Assembly (NCBI GenBank): GCA_964353335.1
Contig: CAYGVI010000005.1
Coordinates: 1,858-65,857, forward strand
Origin: an uncultured Methanosarcinales archaeon
Lineage (GTDB): Archaea > Nanobdellota > Nanobdellia > Woesearchaeales > ARS49
Direction of reading: 5' to 3'
DNA length: 64,000 bases
In this document: positions 1 to 8,089 of the stretch, piece after piece
Layout: the number at the start of each line of letters is the position of its first letter
How positions within the stretch are numbered: position 1 is the first letter of the stretch
Notes under the pieces: generated by a model
What the model was told of the DNA's origin: nothing
What the model saw: only the letters and a program-made list of their open reading frames with translations
Database searches by the model: none
Position numbers and translations under genes: made by a program

Positions 1-1
1 T

Positions 2-448
2 GAGGCAAGGCCTGATGAGGAAACAAAAGTTGGTTTGGCGCCTGTTAAAAATGCTCATGCGAGCCAGCCGATAACATCTCTGGTTCCTGCTGTTCAGGCA
101 GTAACTGTTGAGGATTGTTTTAATGGCGGAAAACAGTTTTTAAGAAAAGAGGGCTTTTGCGTTGTAGAATCCTCCTGCCCTTACCAGACCCCTATTAAGA
201 TTCCAAAACCCGTGAAGCAAGGCGGCCAGATTGTTGGAAAAGACCTGCCGAAATGCGTTGCGTACTGCATTTGGGGCTGTGCCATTGAAGGCAACAGAAG
301 CCTTTACATGGGCAGTCCGCCGTGCTGCATGGCAACAGGTGTGAAAGGCGGCGATTGCGAGTATCGTGATGACGAGACAGCCCAGCCTATCGGCGACATT
401 CGGGTTGCTTTCTGCAGAAAGTCTGAAGAGGAATATAAAGAAGTCTAA
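2..448 (+). CDS. C-terminal fragment of a Cys-rich, probably extracellular protein (5' end lies outside the window)
   Basis: The frame is open from nt 2 to the TAA at 446-448, so the listed TTG at 35 is probably internal. Cys content is high (CFNGG, CVVESSCPY, CVAYCIWGC, PPCCM). No family recognised. Confidence 0.4.
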   Translation, partial: EARPDEETKVGLAPVKNAHASQPITSLVPAVQAVTVEDCFNGGKQFLRKEGFCVVESSCPYQTPIKIPKPVKQGGQIVGKDLPKCVAYCIWGCAIEGNRSLYMGSPPCCMATGVKGGDCEYRDDETAQPIGDIRVAFCRKSEEEYKEV

Positions 449-792
449 TGCCTTTTTTGCCTTTGGTAGCCGACTTCCTCAAGCGCTTTCTCAATGCTCC
501 TTGAGTTTGGCATTCCGACAATTGGCGAGCCTGTGCTTTTTCCCTGATGCCCGTCTTTGACAAAGAGCACAATCTGGCCGTTGTAAACCCTTGCGCCGCC
601 CACTCCGTACTGATTCACAATCTCCTCAAGAACTGCATTGACAAGGTGCGGGTCTGCTTCTTTCAAATGCTCATTTTCGTGCCCCTCTTCGTGCCTCATT
701 TCGTGCGGGTTTGGGACATATAAGGAAAAGTTGGGTATGCGCAGCCTTACATAGTGCTCCTGCGGCTCTTTTGAAACGTGGTATCGCGTCAT
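445..792 (-). CDS. hypothetical protein, 115 aa, His/Glu-rich
   Basis: ATG-initiated ORF, convergent with the previous gene (4-nt overlap). No motif recognised. Confidence 0.4.
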   Translation of the reverse strand: MTRYHVSKEPQEHYVRLRIPNFSLYVPNPHEMRHEEGHENEHLKEADPHLVNAVLEEIVNQYGVGGARVYNGQIVLFVKDGHQGKSTGSPIVGMPNSRSIEKALEEVGYQRQKRH

Positions 793-897
793 TTAAACCT
801 TGTAAGATTTGGTTTTTCTTAAAACTTGTGAAAAACAGCGGAAAAGCTTATATACAAAATTGCAGCTTTCAAGCTTACAAGTAATGAGGTGGTTGCC

Positions 898-1122
898 ATG
901 GCAAAAGAAGAAAAAACAAATATTCGTAATGTTCTCGCGGCGCTTATAGGCCTGCTGAGCTTTGGAATTGGAAGCGTGGCAGTGTATGAACTGTTCACAG
1001 GAGTTATTTCTAGAAGGTGGCCTATTCCAGTAGAATACGCTGGGCTTGCAAACGTCGGCAGTCTGCTGATATTCCTGCCTGCAATCTGGCTCGCGCTGAT
1101 AGCATTACTGCTGAAGGAATAA
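898..1122 (+). CDS. small membrane protein (2 predicted TM helices)
   Basis: The ORF track lists 889..1122. I prefer the ATG at 898 because GAGGTG sits 7 nt upstream. Two hydrophobic stretches (VLAALIGLLSFGIGSVAVY and VGSLLIFLPAIWLALIALLL). Confidence 0.45.
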   Translation: MAKEEKTNIRNVLAALIGLLSFGIGSVAVYELFTGVISRRWPIPVEYAGLANVGSLLIFLPAIWLALIALLLKE

Positions 1123-1136
1123 TTGCCAGCGCACAA

Positions 1137-1373
1137 TTAATCATCCAGGAAGCGGCCGTATTTCAGCGCCATTACTGCTGTGCCTGCTATTCCGCCAAAC
1201 CATGCGCATGCAAGAAGGCTGAGAAGCGGCATGCACTTGAATATTTCTGAAATCGCAGCAGGATTGCAGGTCTGCGGGCTGGTAGCTGTAACATAGCCTG
1301 AAACAACTGCACCTATTGCAGCTGCCCAAAATACAATGTTAAAATATGTCCTTTTTCTTATTAAGCGTATCAT
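1137..1373 (-). CDS. small membrane protein, 78 aa
   Basis: ATG ORF with hydrophobic segments (FNIVFWAAAIGAVVSGYV and LLSLLACAWFGGIAGTAVMAL). Its start lies 4 nt from the tRNA-Asp-like repeat. Confidence 0.45.
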   Translation of the reverse strand: MIRLIRKRTYFNIVFWAAAIGAVVSGYVTATSPQTCNPAAISEIFKCMPLLSLLACAWFGGIAGTAVMALKYGRFLDD

Positions 1374-1376
1374 AAA

Positions 1377-1390
1377 CGCCCACGCCGGGA
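1377..1390. repeat. 14-nt direct repeat of the 3' end of tRNA-Asp (att-like)
   Basis: cgcccacgccggga is identical to 6547-6560, which covers the discriminator, the 3' acceptor strand and the 3' T-stem strand of the tRNA-Asp gene. Same orientation as the tRNA. Confidence 0.5.
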
Positions 1391-1475
1391 GATGATGCTT
1401 TCCAAGCCCTTTTAGCCCAGCAAAAACTGATTTTTGAAAGAAATGATAGCAACTATTTAGTTTTTTCGGTGCTGT

Positions 1476-1531
1476 TGTAGCTACAATTTTGCTACAAGAA
1501 AAACGTGTTTGTAGCTACAGATGGACTACAA
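1476..1531. promoter_or_regulatory. duplicated operator-like motif TGTAGCTACA-N6-CTACAA
   Basis: The 10-nt perfect palindrome tgtagctaca occurs at 1476-1485 and 1510-1519. Each copy is followed 6 nt later by ctacaa (1492-1497 and 1526-1531). The region lies between the stop of 1544..3970 and the start of 1137..1373. Confidence 0.35.
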
Positions 1532-1543
1532 AATTAGCCTGAC

Positions 1544-3970
1544 TTACTCGCTGTTGTCCTGCCTTGTGCTGCAGCCTGAATCCATCAAATCCACAGCTCC
1601 GTCGCCGTCATCATCTGCGTGATTCTGGCAGGCAGCCATTGGTTCAAACTCACTCAAATGGTTCGGATTGTAAACTCCGTTTTCTATGCAGCTGAAGTCA
1701 GTGTTGTCTTTGAACCTGTCTGAGGGCTCGTCAAGAGCCGGGTCGTTGTTTATTCCGTCATTGCACTGGGTGAGACCGGGTGCAGTCCCTATTGTGATGG
1801 ATGCTACGTTGTTGGTTATGTCATTGACCCTGATTGAACTGCCGAACTGGTCAGTGTAAGTCCTGCCTATCTGCACTCCTTTCAAGGACCACGAGTCTGC
1901 TATGTTGAGGTCGTCCAATAAAATGTAGGGTGTTGAGCTTGATGTTGTGCCGTCTATTATGTGGATGACAACGCCATTTGGCTGCCTGAGAGAGCCGCCT
2001 TCTCCAAAAGGCACAAGGACAGATTCAGGATAGACTGTGGTTTCATAGCCTGGCTGCCTGAATTCGATGTAGTACTCGAAATTCGCATTGGGCACAGGAA
2101 CTTTTATTGCCTTGTATCCCGCTGTGTTTTTTTCAAGCGGCAAAAGCTGCAATGTGCCGCTTTTTACTGTCTGTATTTGGTCATTGGTTAGCCAGCCGAC
2201 TTGCAGCCTTTCGATTGAATTCAACTGCGTTGCAGGCTCTAAGCCGCCCATTGCCATGAGCGTATATGCATCCCATGGGCCGACAAACACGCACGAATTG
2301 CTCAGGAGCGTTTGCTGTCCTGAGCTGTCTGTGCAGTTCAGAAGGCCGCTGTGGCCCAGCCCGAATGAGTGCATGAACTCGTGGACAACAAGCCCTATGC
2401 TGTTCAATTGCACATACCAATCGAAATTTGCATCAGTGCTTGATAAGAAAGTGATTGTGCCGTCCTGCGTCTGAACCTGCAGGTTTGCAATTCCAGAGGA
2501 GCTTGGGATGCACAGCGGGTAATCTGTCAATATTATTATTCGCGAATACTGGCTTAAGTCAACATCAGGGTCAGCTGCAAGTATAGCCAGCCTGTGCATT
2601 TCCCTTCTTTGCGCTTCAAGGCCTTGCTTGTCGCACGCGCCTGGTCCGACCTTGTACGGCCCGACTGCTGTGCCTGACAGCCAGGTTTTGCCATAGGACG
2701 TTTTTGTTATGTAATCATTCATCTTCACAAAGATTTGTTCGTGCGCAATCGGCAGGTCGCTTGCAGTGTAGTTTTTGATTGGAGACTCTTCAAAGTCCGC
2801 AAGTATGACTAATGTCTTTTGCTCTCCAAGATTTGTGTTGGTTGGAGGCTGGCCTGGCTGTGTTGGCTCAGGCACATAAGTGCAGCCAGAAGTGTTAAAC
2901 TTGCACCCCGCAGTGCATGACAGGTCTCCTGTAAAACTGCTGCCCAAGTAAGAAGTGCAGGTGCCGCTTATTATGCTGCCATCGCAATACTCTGCAACAT
3001 AACCGCCAAGAGTATGATCCCATTCTCCATTTCCGCAGAGCTGGGAAGCGTTCGTGTATACGCTGAGTTTTACTGTTCCTGAACGCGAAGGCACGCCCGC
3101 ACTTGAAGCAGTAATGGTTATGTTATAATTTCCAACAGGCATTGATGACAATGTTGAAACAGCCAGATTGACATTTACCGAGCCCCCCGCAGGGATGCTT
3201 GGCGAGCTAGACGGCTCAAAAGTGCAGGTTGCTCCAGCAGGACAAGTCGCGGCCAGGCTAACAATGCCACTAAAGCCATCCGCAGAAGCCAAACCAACTG
3301 CGGCAGACACAGAATTGCCTCGCAAGACTGCCTGGTAAGATGGGCTCACATATGCTAAGTTAAAGTAGCCTGTTGGCAGGACCTGCACGCACGCGCCATC
3401 CCTGCACCCGTTTGCACACTCTATTTGAATGGAATAAGGACCGGTAGTACCTTTGCAGAATGTTTCTGTTAACATCTTGCTTTGGTTACTGTCCACGCAG
3501 CAGTCATTGAAAACAATGTAGCCTGCAGACCTGGCAAGGAGCCTTTGACCGCACTTGTTGGGGTTCTCGCCGGTTATTTGCGGGTATTGGGTGGCGAGGG
3601 CAGGTGCTGTTGCATTGCCCCTGACAAACAAGTCAGGATTCTTTTGTTGGGCATCCGGACTTGCGGTCGAGGGTATTCCCAGCACGCCGTAATCAATGCT
3701 TTTGTCAGTGTCAACACAGGCTGCAACAATCTTCTGGCATGTTGCATTACAAGTGGCTGTGTTCGGCGGCTCGCACTGCTCGCCAGCCTCAACCAGGCCA
3801 TTGCCGCAGATACGGACAGGAATCCTTGGGAATTTGAGCCTGGAAAATGACCAGAAAGCCTCACCGCTTGGTGATTCTGGTGCGCTGGTAAGCATAAGTA
3901 TCATGCCAACAGCGCCAACAGCAACCACAAACAGAATAACGCCAAGCGCAAAATAACCTCTTTTGAACAT
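1544..3970 (-). CDS. secreted or membrane-anchored zinc metalloprotease (metzincin-type) with Cys-rich modules
   Basis: N-terminal signal anchor (YFALGVILFVVAVGAVGMILML). HEFMHSFGLGH matches the HExxHxxGxxH zinc site. Several Cys-rich segments and an acidic Cys-containing C-terminus (HADDDGDGAVDLMDSGC). Confidence 0.75.
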   Translation of the reverse strand: MFKRGYFALGVILFVVAVGAVGMILMLTSAPESPSGEAFWSFSRLKFPRIPVRICGNGLVEAGEQCEPPNTATCNATCQKIVAACVDTDKSIDYGVLGIPSTASPDAQQKNPDLFVRGNATAPALATQYPQITGENPNKCGQRLLARSAGYIVFNDCCVDSNQSKMLTETFCKGTTGPYSIQIECANGCRDGACVQVLPTGYFNLAYVSPSYQAVLRGNSVSAAVGLASADGFSGIVSLAATCPAGATCTFEPSSSPSIPAGGSVNVNLAVSTLSSMPVGNYNITITASSAGVPSRSGTVKLSVYTNASQLCGNGEWDHTLGGYVAEYCDGSIISGTCTSYLGSSFTGDLSCTAGCKFNTSGCTYVPEPTQPGQPPTNTNLGEQKTLVILADFEESPIKNYTASDLPIAHEQIFVKMNDYITKTSYGKTWLSGTAVGPYKVGPGACDKQGLEAQRREMHRLAILAADPDVDLSQYSRIIILTDYPLCIPSSSGIANLQVQTQDGTITFLSSTDANFDWYVQLNSIGLVVHEFMHSFGLGHSGLLNCTDSSGQQTLLSNSCVFVGPWDAYTLMAMGGLEPATQLNSIERLQVGWLTNDQIQTVKSGTLQLLPLEKNTAGYKAIKVPVPNANFEYYIEFRQPGYETTVYPESVLVPFGEGGSLRQPNGVVIHIIDGTTSSSTPYILLDDLNIADSWSLKGVQIGRTYTDQFGSSIRVNDITNNVASITIGTAPGLTQCNDGINNDPALDEPSDRFKDNTDFSCIENGVYNPNHLSEFEPMAACQNHADDDGDGAVDLMDSGCSTRQDNSE

Positions 3971-4130
3971 TACGCATTACCTCTTTATAAGTATTAGAAC
4001 AACTGGCAAGGATATTTAATTGTTTCTAATAGCGATGGCTTACAATTGGACCGCCCAGATGGATGCTTTAGAAAGCGAAATGCGTTATCGAACATAAACA
4101 TTTATTAACACTCTTCTGTTAGTCAAACAT

Positions 4131-4661
4131 GTGGGAAGAACCAAACTTTTACTGATTGCTGGGATTCTGGTGCTGCTGCTAATACTCATTGTATTTTTTG
4201 TGTTATTCACAAATGCTTCTTTCTCTGAAACCAATGGCAGGGTTATGGAACCTGATGGCGCGCCTATCGAGGGCGCAAAGGTAACTATTGGTTATAGCTG
4301 CAAAGTGCCTGCAGTTGTTGAGAGCCAAACACGCAATTATGGGTCAGCAAGAGCCGTAACCAATGCTAATGGGGAATTCTCATTCAGCACGGTTTATGCA
4401 GGGTGGAAATTCCTTAATACTGATTGCCATAAAACAGTAGTTGCATTTAAGGAAGGTTATTGCGGGGATATTTCACGCTGCAAAACCGAGATACAGTATT
4501 CCCCTGGTCTTTCTGAAGGACAACTTCAAGGTGCAGACCAGTATTACATATTAAACTACAAAGGCAAATATTATGAGTCTGCAAGTTTTGATGCATCAAA
4601 ATGGCTTAATCCAGAGGAGAATTCTGTAACAATACAATTAAACAAGCTTGATACCGGGTAG
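4131..4661 (+). CDS. membrane-anchored protein with a carboxypeptidase-regulatory-like beta-sandwich
   Basis: GTG start. N-terminal TM (LLLIAGILVLLLILIVFFVLF). NGRVMEPDGAPIEGAKVTIGY resembles the CarboxypepD_reg motif. Confidence 0.5.
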   Translation: MGRTKLLLIAGILVLLLILIVFFVLFTNASFSETNGRVMEPDGAPIEGAKVTIGYSCKVPAVVESQTRNYGSARAVTNANGEFSFSTVYAGWKFLNTDCHKTVVAFKEGYCGDISRCKTEIQYSPGLSEGQLQGADQYYILNYKGKYYESASFDASKWLNPEENSVTIQLNKLDTG

Positions 4662-4807
4662 TTTTCTAGAATCCTTTGGTTGTATCAGGGTTTGGCTTTT
4701 AGTCACACATTTGTTTGAGGCAATCGCATATTTTTTATACATGCTCTTCCCCGCACGCAGATTATGGCCAGGTTTCGCATCTTCAAGACCGCGACGTACG
4801 ATGAGGA

Positions 4808-4972
4808 TTATGCAGGATTGGATATGTGCTTTGGCTTGATTTCTGTTATCCTACCGCGCTTGATATCCTCAAAACTTTTCTTTAGCTTCTCAACAAGCTC
4901 CCAGTCCACCTGAGACATCTCCTTAAGACGCTCATACTTAGCTCTTGGAATCGTGACTGTTTTTGTTGCCAT
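4808..4972 (-). CDS. small antitoxin-like protein, 54 aa (below the ORF-track cutoff)
   Basis: Hand translation gives MATKTVTIPRAKYERLKEMSQVDWELVEKLKKSFEDIKRGRITEIKPKHISNPA. The N-terminus resembles ribbon-helix-helix or VapB-like antitoxins. It lies 21 nt downstream of 4994..5260. Confidence 0.4.
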   Translation of the reverse strand: MATKTVTIPRAKYERLKEMSQVDWELVEKLKKSFEDIKRGRITEIKPKHISNPA

Positions 4973-4993
4973 CTTAATCACATTAATTAGTAA

Positions 4994-5260
4994 TTAGCTT
5001 CGCATCTCGATTTCCCTGATGTATGGGGTTTCTTGGGGGTAATTGTCGATTTTCTTTGGGTCTTTGCAGGACAGGTTTTTGACCATTTCAGCATACATTT
5101 CTCTTGAAAACTTGTCTGAGCTCTTAAGGCTCGCTTTTGCATAGCCCAGGAGCCTTAGCCGTAATTCGTTCCATGCCATGAACGCTCCTTTGTATGTTTT
5201 GTGAGCGCTATGTACGCTATTGTGTTCTGGTCCGTTATCGCCAACAAGGTATATCTTCAT
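4994..5260 (-). CDS. hypothetical protein, 88 aa
   Basis: ATG ORF directly upstream of the 54-aa ORF on the same strand. No motif recognised. Confidence 0.4.
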   Translation of the reverse strand: MKIYLVGDNGPEHNSVHSAHKTYKGAFMAWNELRLRLLGYAKASLKSSDKFSREMYAEMVKNLSCKDPKKIDNYPQETPYIREIEMRS

Positions 5261-5407
5261 GTTGAAATAATGCTCTGGGCGGTTGAGGGTGTGGACTCGC
5301 CCAGCAAAGAGCGTTTAGTTGCCCCCAGTACTAGGCATTTCTGCTTTTCCCTTTCTGCTCAAGCAATGGCGTAAACAACACAGGTATTATTTAATATTTT
5401 CTTTGAG

Positions 5408-5426
5408 ATCCGGAAACTTTCCGGAT
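5408..5426. promoter_or_regulatory. perfect palindrome ATCCGGAA-N3-TTCCGGAT (operator-like)
   Basis: 8-bp arms with a 3-nt spacer, about 20 nt upstream of the TATA-like box of the 5480 gene. Confidence 0.35.
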
Positions 5427-5447
5427 TTGATGAATTTGCCGGCAATA

Positions 5448-5458
5448 GTTTTAAAAAC
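5448..5458 (+). promoter_or_regulatory. TATA-like box for 5480..5803
   Basis: gttttaaaaac lies 22 nt upstream of the GTG start. Confidence 0.4.
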
Positions 5459-5479
5459 AAAAGAGTCTTTGTCTTTTTT

Positions 5480-5803
5480 GTGAATATTGAGGATTTCAAA
5501 AAGCTGGTGAGGAATCTTTCTGAGGCTGATGTTCTTACGGATGAGCCTCATGTTTCTATGCGTTGTGAAGAAAATAGTATAACGATTGATTTTGTGAAAA
5601 AGACTCTCCTTGGCCAGAATGCAGAGCTTGTCAGGCTGGTTGAGGACAGGCCGAATGTGTACAAGCTTTATTACCGCCTGAGCAAGCTGTGCGAGCTGAA
5701 ATTAGTGATTGACCTCTTAACGCACCAAAAGATCAACATCCGGACAGTCAAGATACTGAACAAGCAATCCCGAATCGCGTTCCTTTCAAGGCGAAGATTT
5801 TAA
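5480..5803 (+). CDS. DUF4258-like putative toxin
   Basis: GTG start. HVSMRCEENSITIDFVKKTL resembles the H-x3-R-x2-E-R-x-I signature region of DUF4258. It sits immediately upstream of a DUF2283 gene, which is a known pairing. Confidence 0.45.
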   Translation: MNIEDFKKLVRNLSEADVLTDEPHVSMRCEENSITIDFVKKTLLGQNAELVRLVEDRPNVYKLYYRLSKLCELKLVIDLLTHQKINIRTVKILNKQSRIAFLSRRRF

Positions 5804-5850
5804 ATACCACAGTATATAAATATATAAATAAAAAGAAATACCAAACAAAA

Positions 5851-6213
5851 ATGAGCGTTTCAAAAGACAAGTATTATTCGTGGGACTATAGTGAAAAATC
5901 TGATATTCTTAATGTTCACAAGGTTGACAAGAAAACAGCAGGCAGCGCAGAACTTGGGGACTTTACTGTGGACTTTGACAAAAATGGCAATATTGTTGGT
6001 GTTGAAATACTGAACGCATCAGAATTCTTCACACTCTTAGGCATTCTTAAAACACAATTGGAAAACATAAAAGAAGCGGAAATAATTATGAGAAAGCGCG
6101 GAGAAATGACACTAATCTGCCTTAAACTGCTTTTATCCGGAGAAGAAGCGCCACGCATTGTGTCATTGCCCGCAAGCGTCATGAACGAAGCGCCAATAAC
6201 CGCAACAGCCTGA
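5851..6213 (+). CDS. DUF2283 family protein (putative antitoxin) with a C-terminal extension
   Basis: WDYSEKSDILNVH and DFDKNGNIVGVEILNAS match the YD-x-E-x-D-x-L and G-x-IVGIEILNAS signatures of DUF2283. Confidence 0.65.
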   Translation: MSVSKDKYYSWDYSEKSDILNVHKVDKKTAGSAELGDFTVDFDKNGNIVGVEILNASEFFTLLGILKTQLENIKEAEIIMRKRGEMTLICLKLLLSGEEAPRIVSLPASVMNEAPITATA

Positions 6214-6461
6214 TTCAGAAACCAAGGTCAGCGCGGACAAATTTCTTTCTGCGGATATTCTTTGCAAAGCGGATAAGACGCCGGTAAAGGTATGTTTTTT
6301 CAGCAATCATATCTCCCAAATAGATAAAAGGATATTTAAGACTAATGAAACAACACCGCATTAGTGCTAAAAACTTCAAGCGTAACTTGTGGCTTTTTCG
6401 TAGCTACACGGTATTTTGCCCTTTTTTATTGTCGTGATAATGCCGTCAGAAGGTGGAAGTT

Positions 6462-6492
6462 AAGGTCAACGCCCGGTGAGAAGGTTGACCTT
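6462..6492. terminator. 9-bp hairpin (aaggtcaac / gttgacctt) with a 13-nt loop, flanked by T-runs
   Basis: Perfect inverted repeat seen directly. It lies 55 nt downstream of the tRNA-Asp 3' end on the minus strand. Confidence 0.3.
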
Positions 6493-6546
6493 TTAGGTTT
6501 TCTGGAAAAAATTATCGTCGATAAATATGCCTGAAAAATAAAAAAG

Positions 6547-6619
6547 CGCCCACGCCGGGATTTGAACCCGGGTCGGGACCGCGACAGGGTCCCATCCTAG
6601 GCCACTAGACTACATGGGC
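6547..6619 (-). tRNA. tRNA-Asp (anticodon GTC)
   Basis: Hand-folded cloverleaf. Acceptor GCCCATG/CGTGGGC, anticodon stem GGACC/GGTCC, loop CTGTCGC, T arm CCGGG-TTCAAAT-CCCGG, discriminator G. CCA is not encoded. Confidence 0.9.
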
Positions 6620-6760
6620 AAATTGATTGTGTCTATTGACGGCATTACGAATAAATGGCGGGTTTTTAAACCTTTTGAGTGTTTGCCAGCAAGATATTTA
6701 AAGACCCGTGAATAAGCAAAGTGCTGAGTGAGGGGCGGAGTGAAGACCGCTTTTTTTGAA

Positions 6761-7147
6761 ATGCATTGTTCAACAAGCTTTGACATAACGCACAGTGTTG
6801 CTGACCTTGTGGAAAGGGTTATGGACGCTTACAAGGGCCCGTTCAGTTTCAACAAGTTTAAGGAAGTTAGTACACCTGTTAGTGCACATAATAGTTCTTC
6901 AGTCATTTACACCGGCGCGGTTGATGTGATAATTTTCAGAAACCCGAACAAGGCTGTCAAGGGCAAAAACGCATACTGCAAGAACAGGGAGAGTTATGTC
7001 AGCATCACAATAAGCGGCCCTGACCAAAGCGTAATACACGGCATTGAAGCATATCTTGAGAAGAATGTTCCTGCAATCGGCAGGCGTATGCACAAAATAT
7101 CAACATACAACAGCAACGCAGGCCACATTGTAAAAAGAGCGCAGTAA
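6761..7147 (+). CDS. hypothetical protein
   Basis: The ORF track lists 6728..7147 with a GTG start. The first ATG is at 6761, downstream of a TATA-like gatatttaaag near 6693. No motif recognised. Confidence 0.4.
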   Translation: MHCSTSFDITHSVADLVERVMDAYKGPFSFNKFKEVSTPVSAHNSSSVIYTGAVDVIIFRNPNKAVKGKNAYCKNRESYVSITISGPDQSVIHGIEAYLEKNVPAIGRRMHKISTYNSNAGHIVKRAQ

Positions 7148-7149
7148 AA

Positions 7150-7983
7150 TCACTTTGCGAATTTCTGGTAAACCATTTCTTCCTGCTTGACCATGTTATG
7201 CGTGAAGTCACTATAGGAGATTACTCTTGCCCTGTCGCCTTCTTTCACATTCACTTTGATTGGCAGCCCTGTTATCATTTCCAGGTGCAAAGTGTATTCG
7301 TCGCCGTTCTCTACAAATGTGAGCACGGGGTTTACCGCCTTCCAGCCTGTTAAGTCCTTGACATACTGGTCATTTGCCTGGGCAACTGTCGGTGAAGCGT
7401 AAGAGAACCTTGTAAGCCAGTCTTCAGGCAGTATCGGGTTGTAGTCTTCGTAAGGCAGGACAAATTCCATGTCTATTATTCTCGCGCAGTTGCTCCTGTC
7501 AGGGTCAAACTCGCCAAGAATTTCCCCTTCCCTGCGCGGGTCGCAGTAGCCCACAGCCTTTTTTTCGCTCCTGTCGATGAAAATGTCAGTGATTGTCACA
7601 GGAATGGTTCTGTTGACCCTCATATCCAGTTTTTTGATGAATTTAGGCTCAATGCGGACAAGGTTTCCCCTTACCAAATATTTTGTTTCGCCTTCCTGGT
7701 ATGAATAGCCTGTCACTTTCTGCCTGAATTTTATCATCGCGTCAGAAATGTGGCTGTTTTTAGGCGTCTGTGGCCCAATAGTCTTGTTGATTTGCGGCAA
7801 TGTACTGTTCTCATACCTGTCGCATATCTGGTTTGGCTCAGCGTCAAGGCAGCAGTCGCCTGGTGAATACTCATAATAAGGCTGCTTGCATTCTGTTACC
7901 GTTGCGTTCTGCTGTGGAATAACCGCAGGCTGGCAGCCAATCAGGAAAATTATTGCCAGAACCAGCAAAACATTGCGCATCAT
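7150..7983 (-). CDS. putative lipoprotein or secreted protein
   Basis: MMRNVLLVLAIIFLIGCQP is signal-peptide and lipobox-like. The track ORF extends to a TTG at 8010. Confidence 0.55.
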   Translation of the reverse strand: MMRNVLLVLAIIFLIGCQPAVIPQQNATVTECKQPYYEYSPGDCCLDAEPNQICDRYENSTLPQINKTIGPQTPKNSHISDAMIKFRQKVTGYSYQEGETKYLVRGNLVRIEPKFIKKLDMRVNRTIPVTITDIFIDRSEKKAVGYCDPRREGEILGEFDPDRSNCARIIDMEFVLPYEDYNPILPEDWLTRFSYASPTVAQANDQYVKDLTGWKAVNPVLTFVENGDEYTLHLEMITGLPIKVNVKEGDRARVISYSDFTHNMVKQEEMVYQKFAK

Positions 7984-8089
7984 TCTCACCATTCCCGCGT
8001 GAGGACACAACTTGCTTTTATTCTTTGCGGTTTGCTTAGCGGTAATATTTATATAGGCATAATCAAACAGCGGGCAAAGAGGTGATGCG

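Larger units (their letters stand above)
1391..6546. mobile_element. candidate integrated island or remnant bounded by the tRNA-Asp 3'-end repeat
   Basis: The geometry fits tRNA-targeted integration: the partial tRNA copy lies downstream of the intact tRNA in the same orientation. Cargo is a secreted protease and small TA-like genes. No integrase recognised. Confidence 0.3.

Noticed and set aside
1388-1432. Possible C/D-box sRNA (gatgatg ... ctga)
   Set aside because: The C box is imperfect (tgatgc), no C' or D' boxes are present, and there is no terminal stem. The evidence is insufficient.
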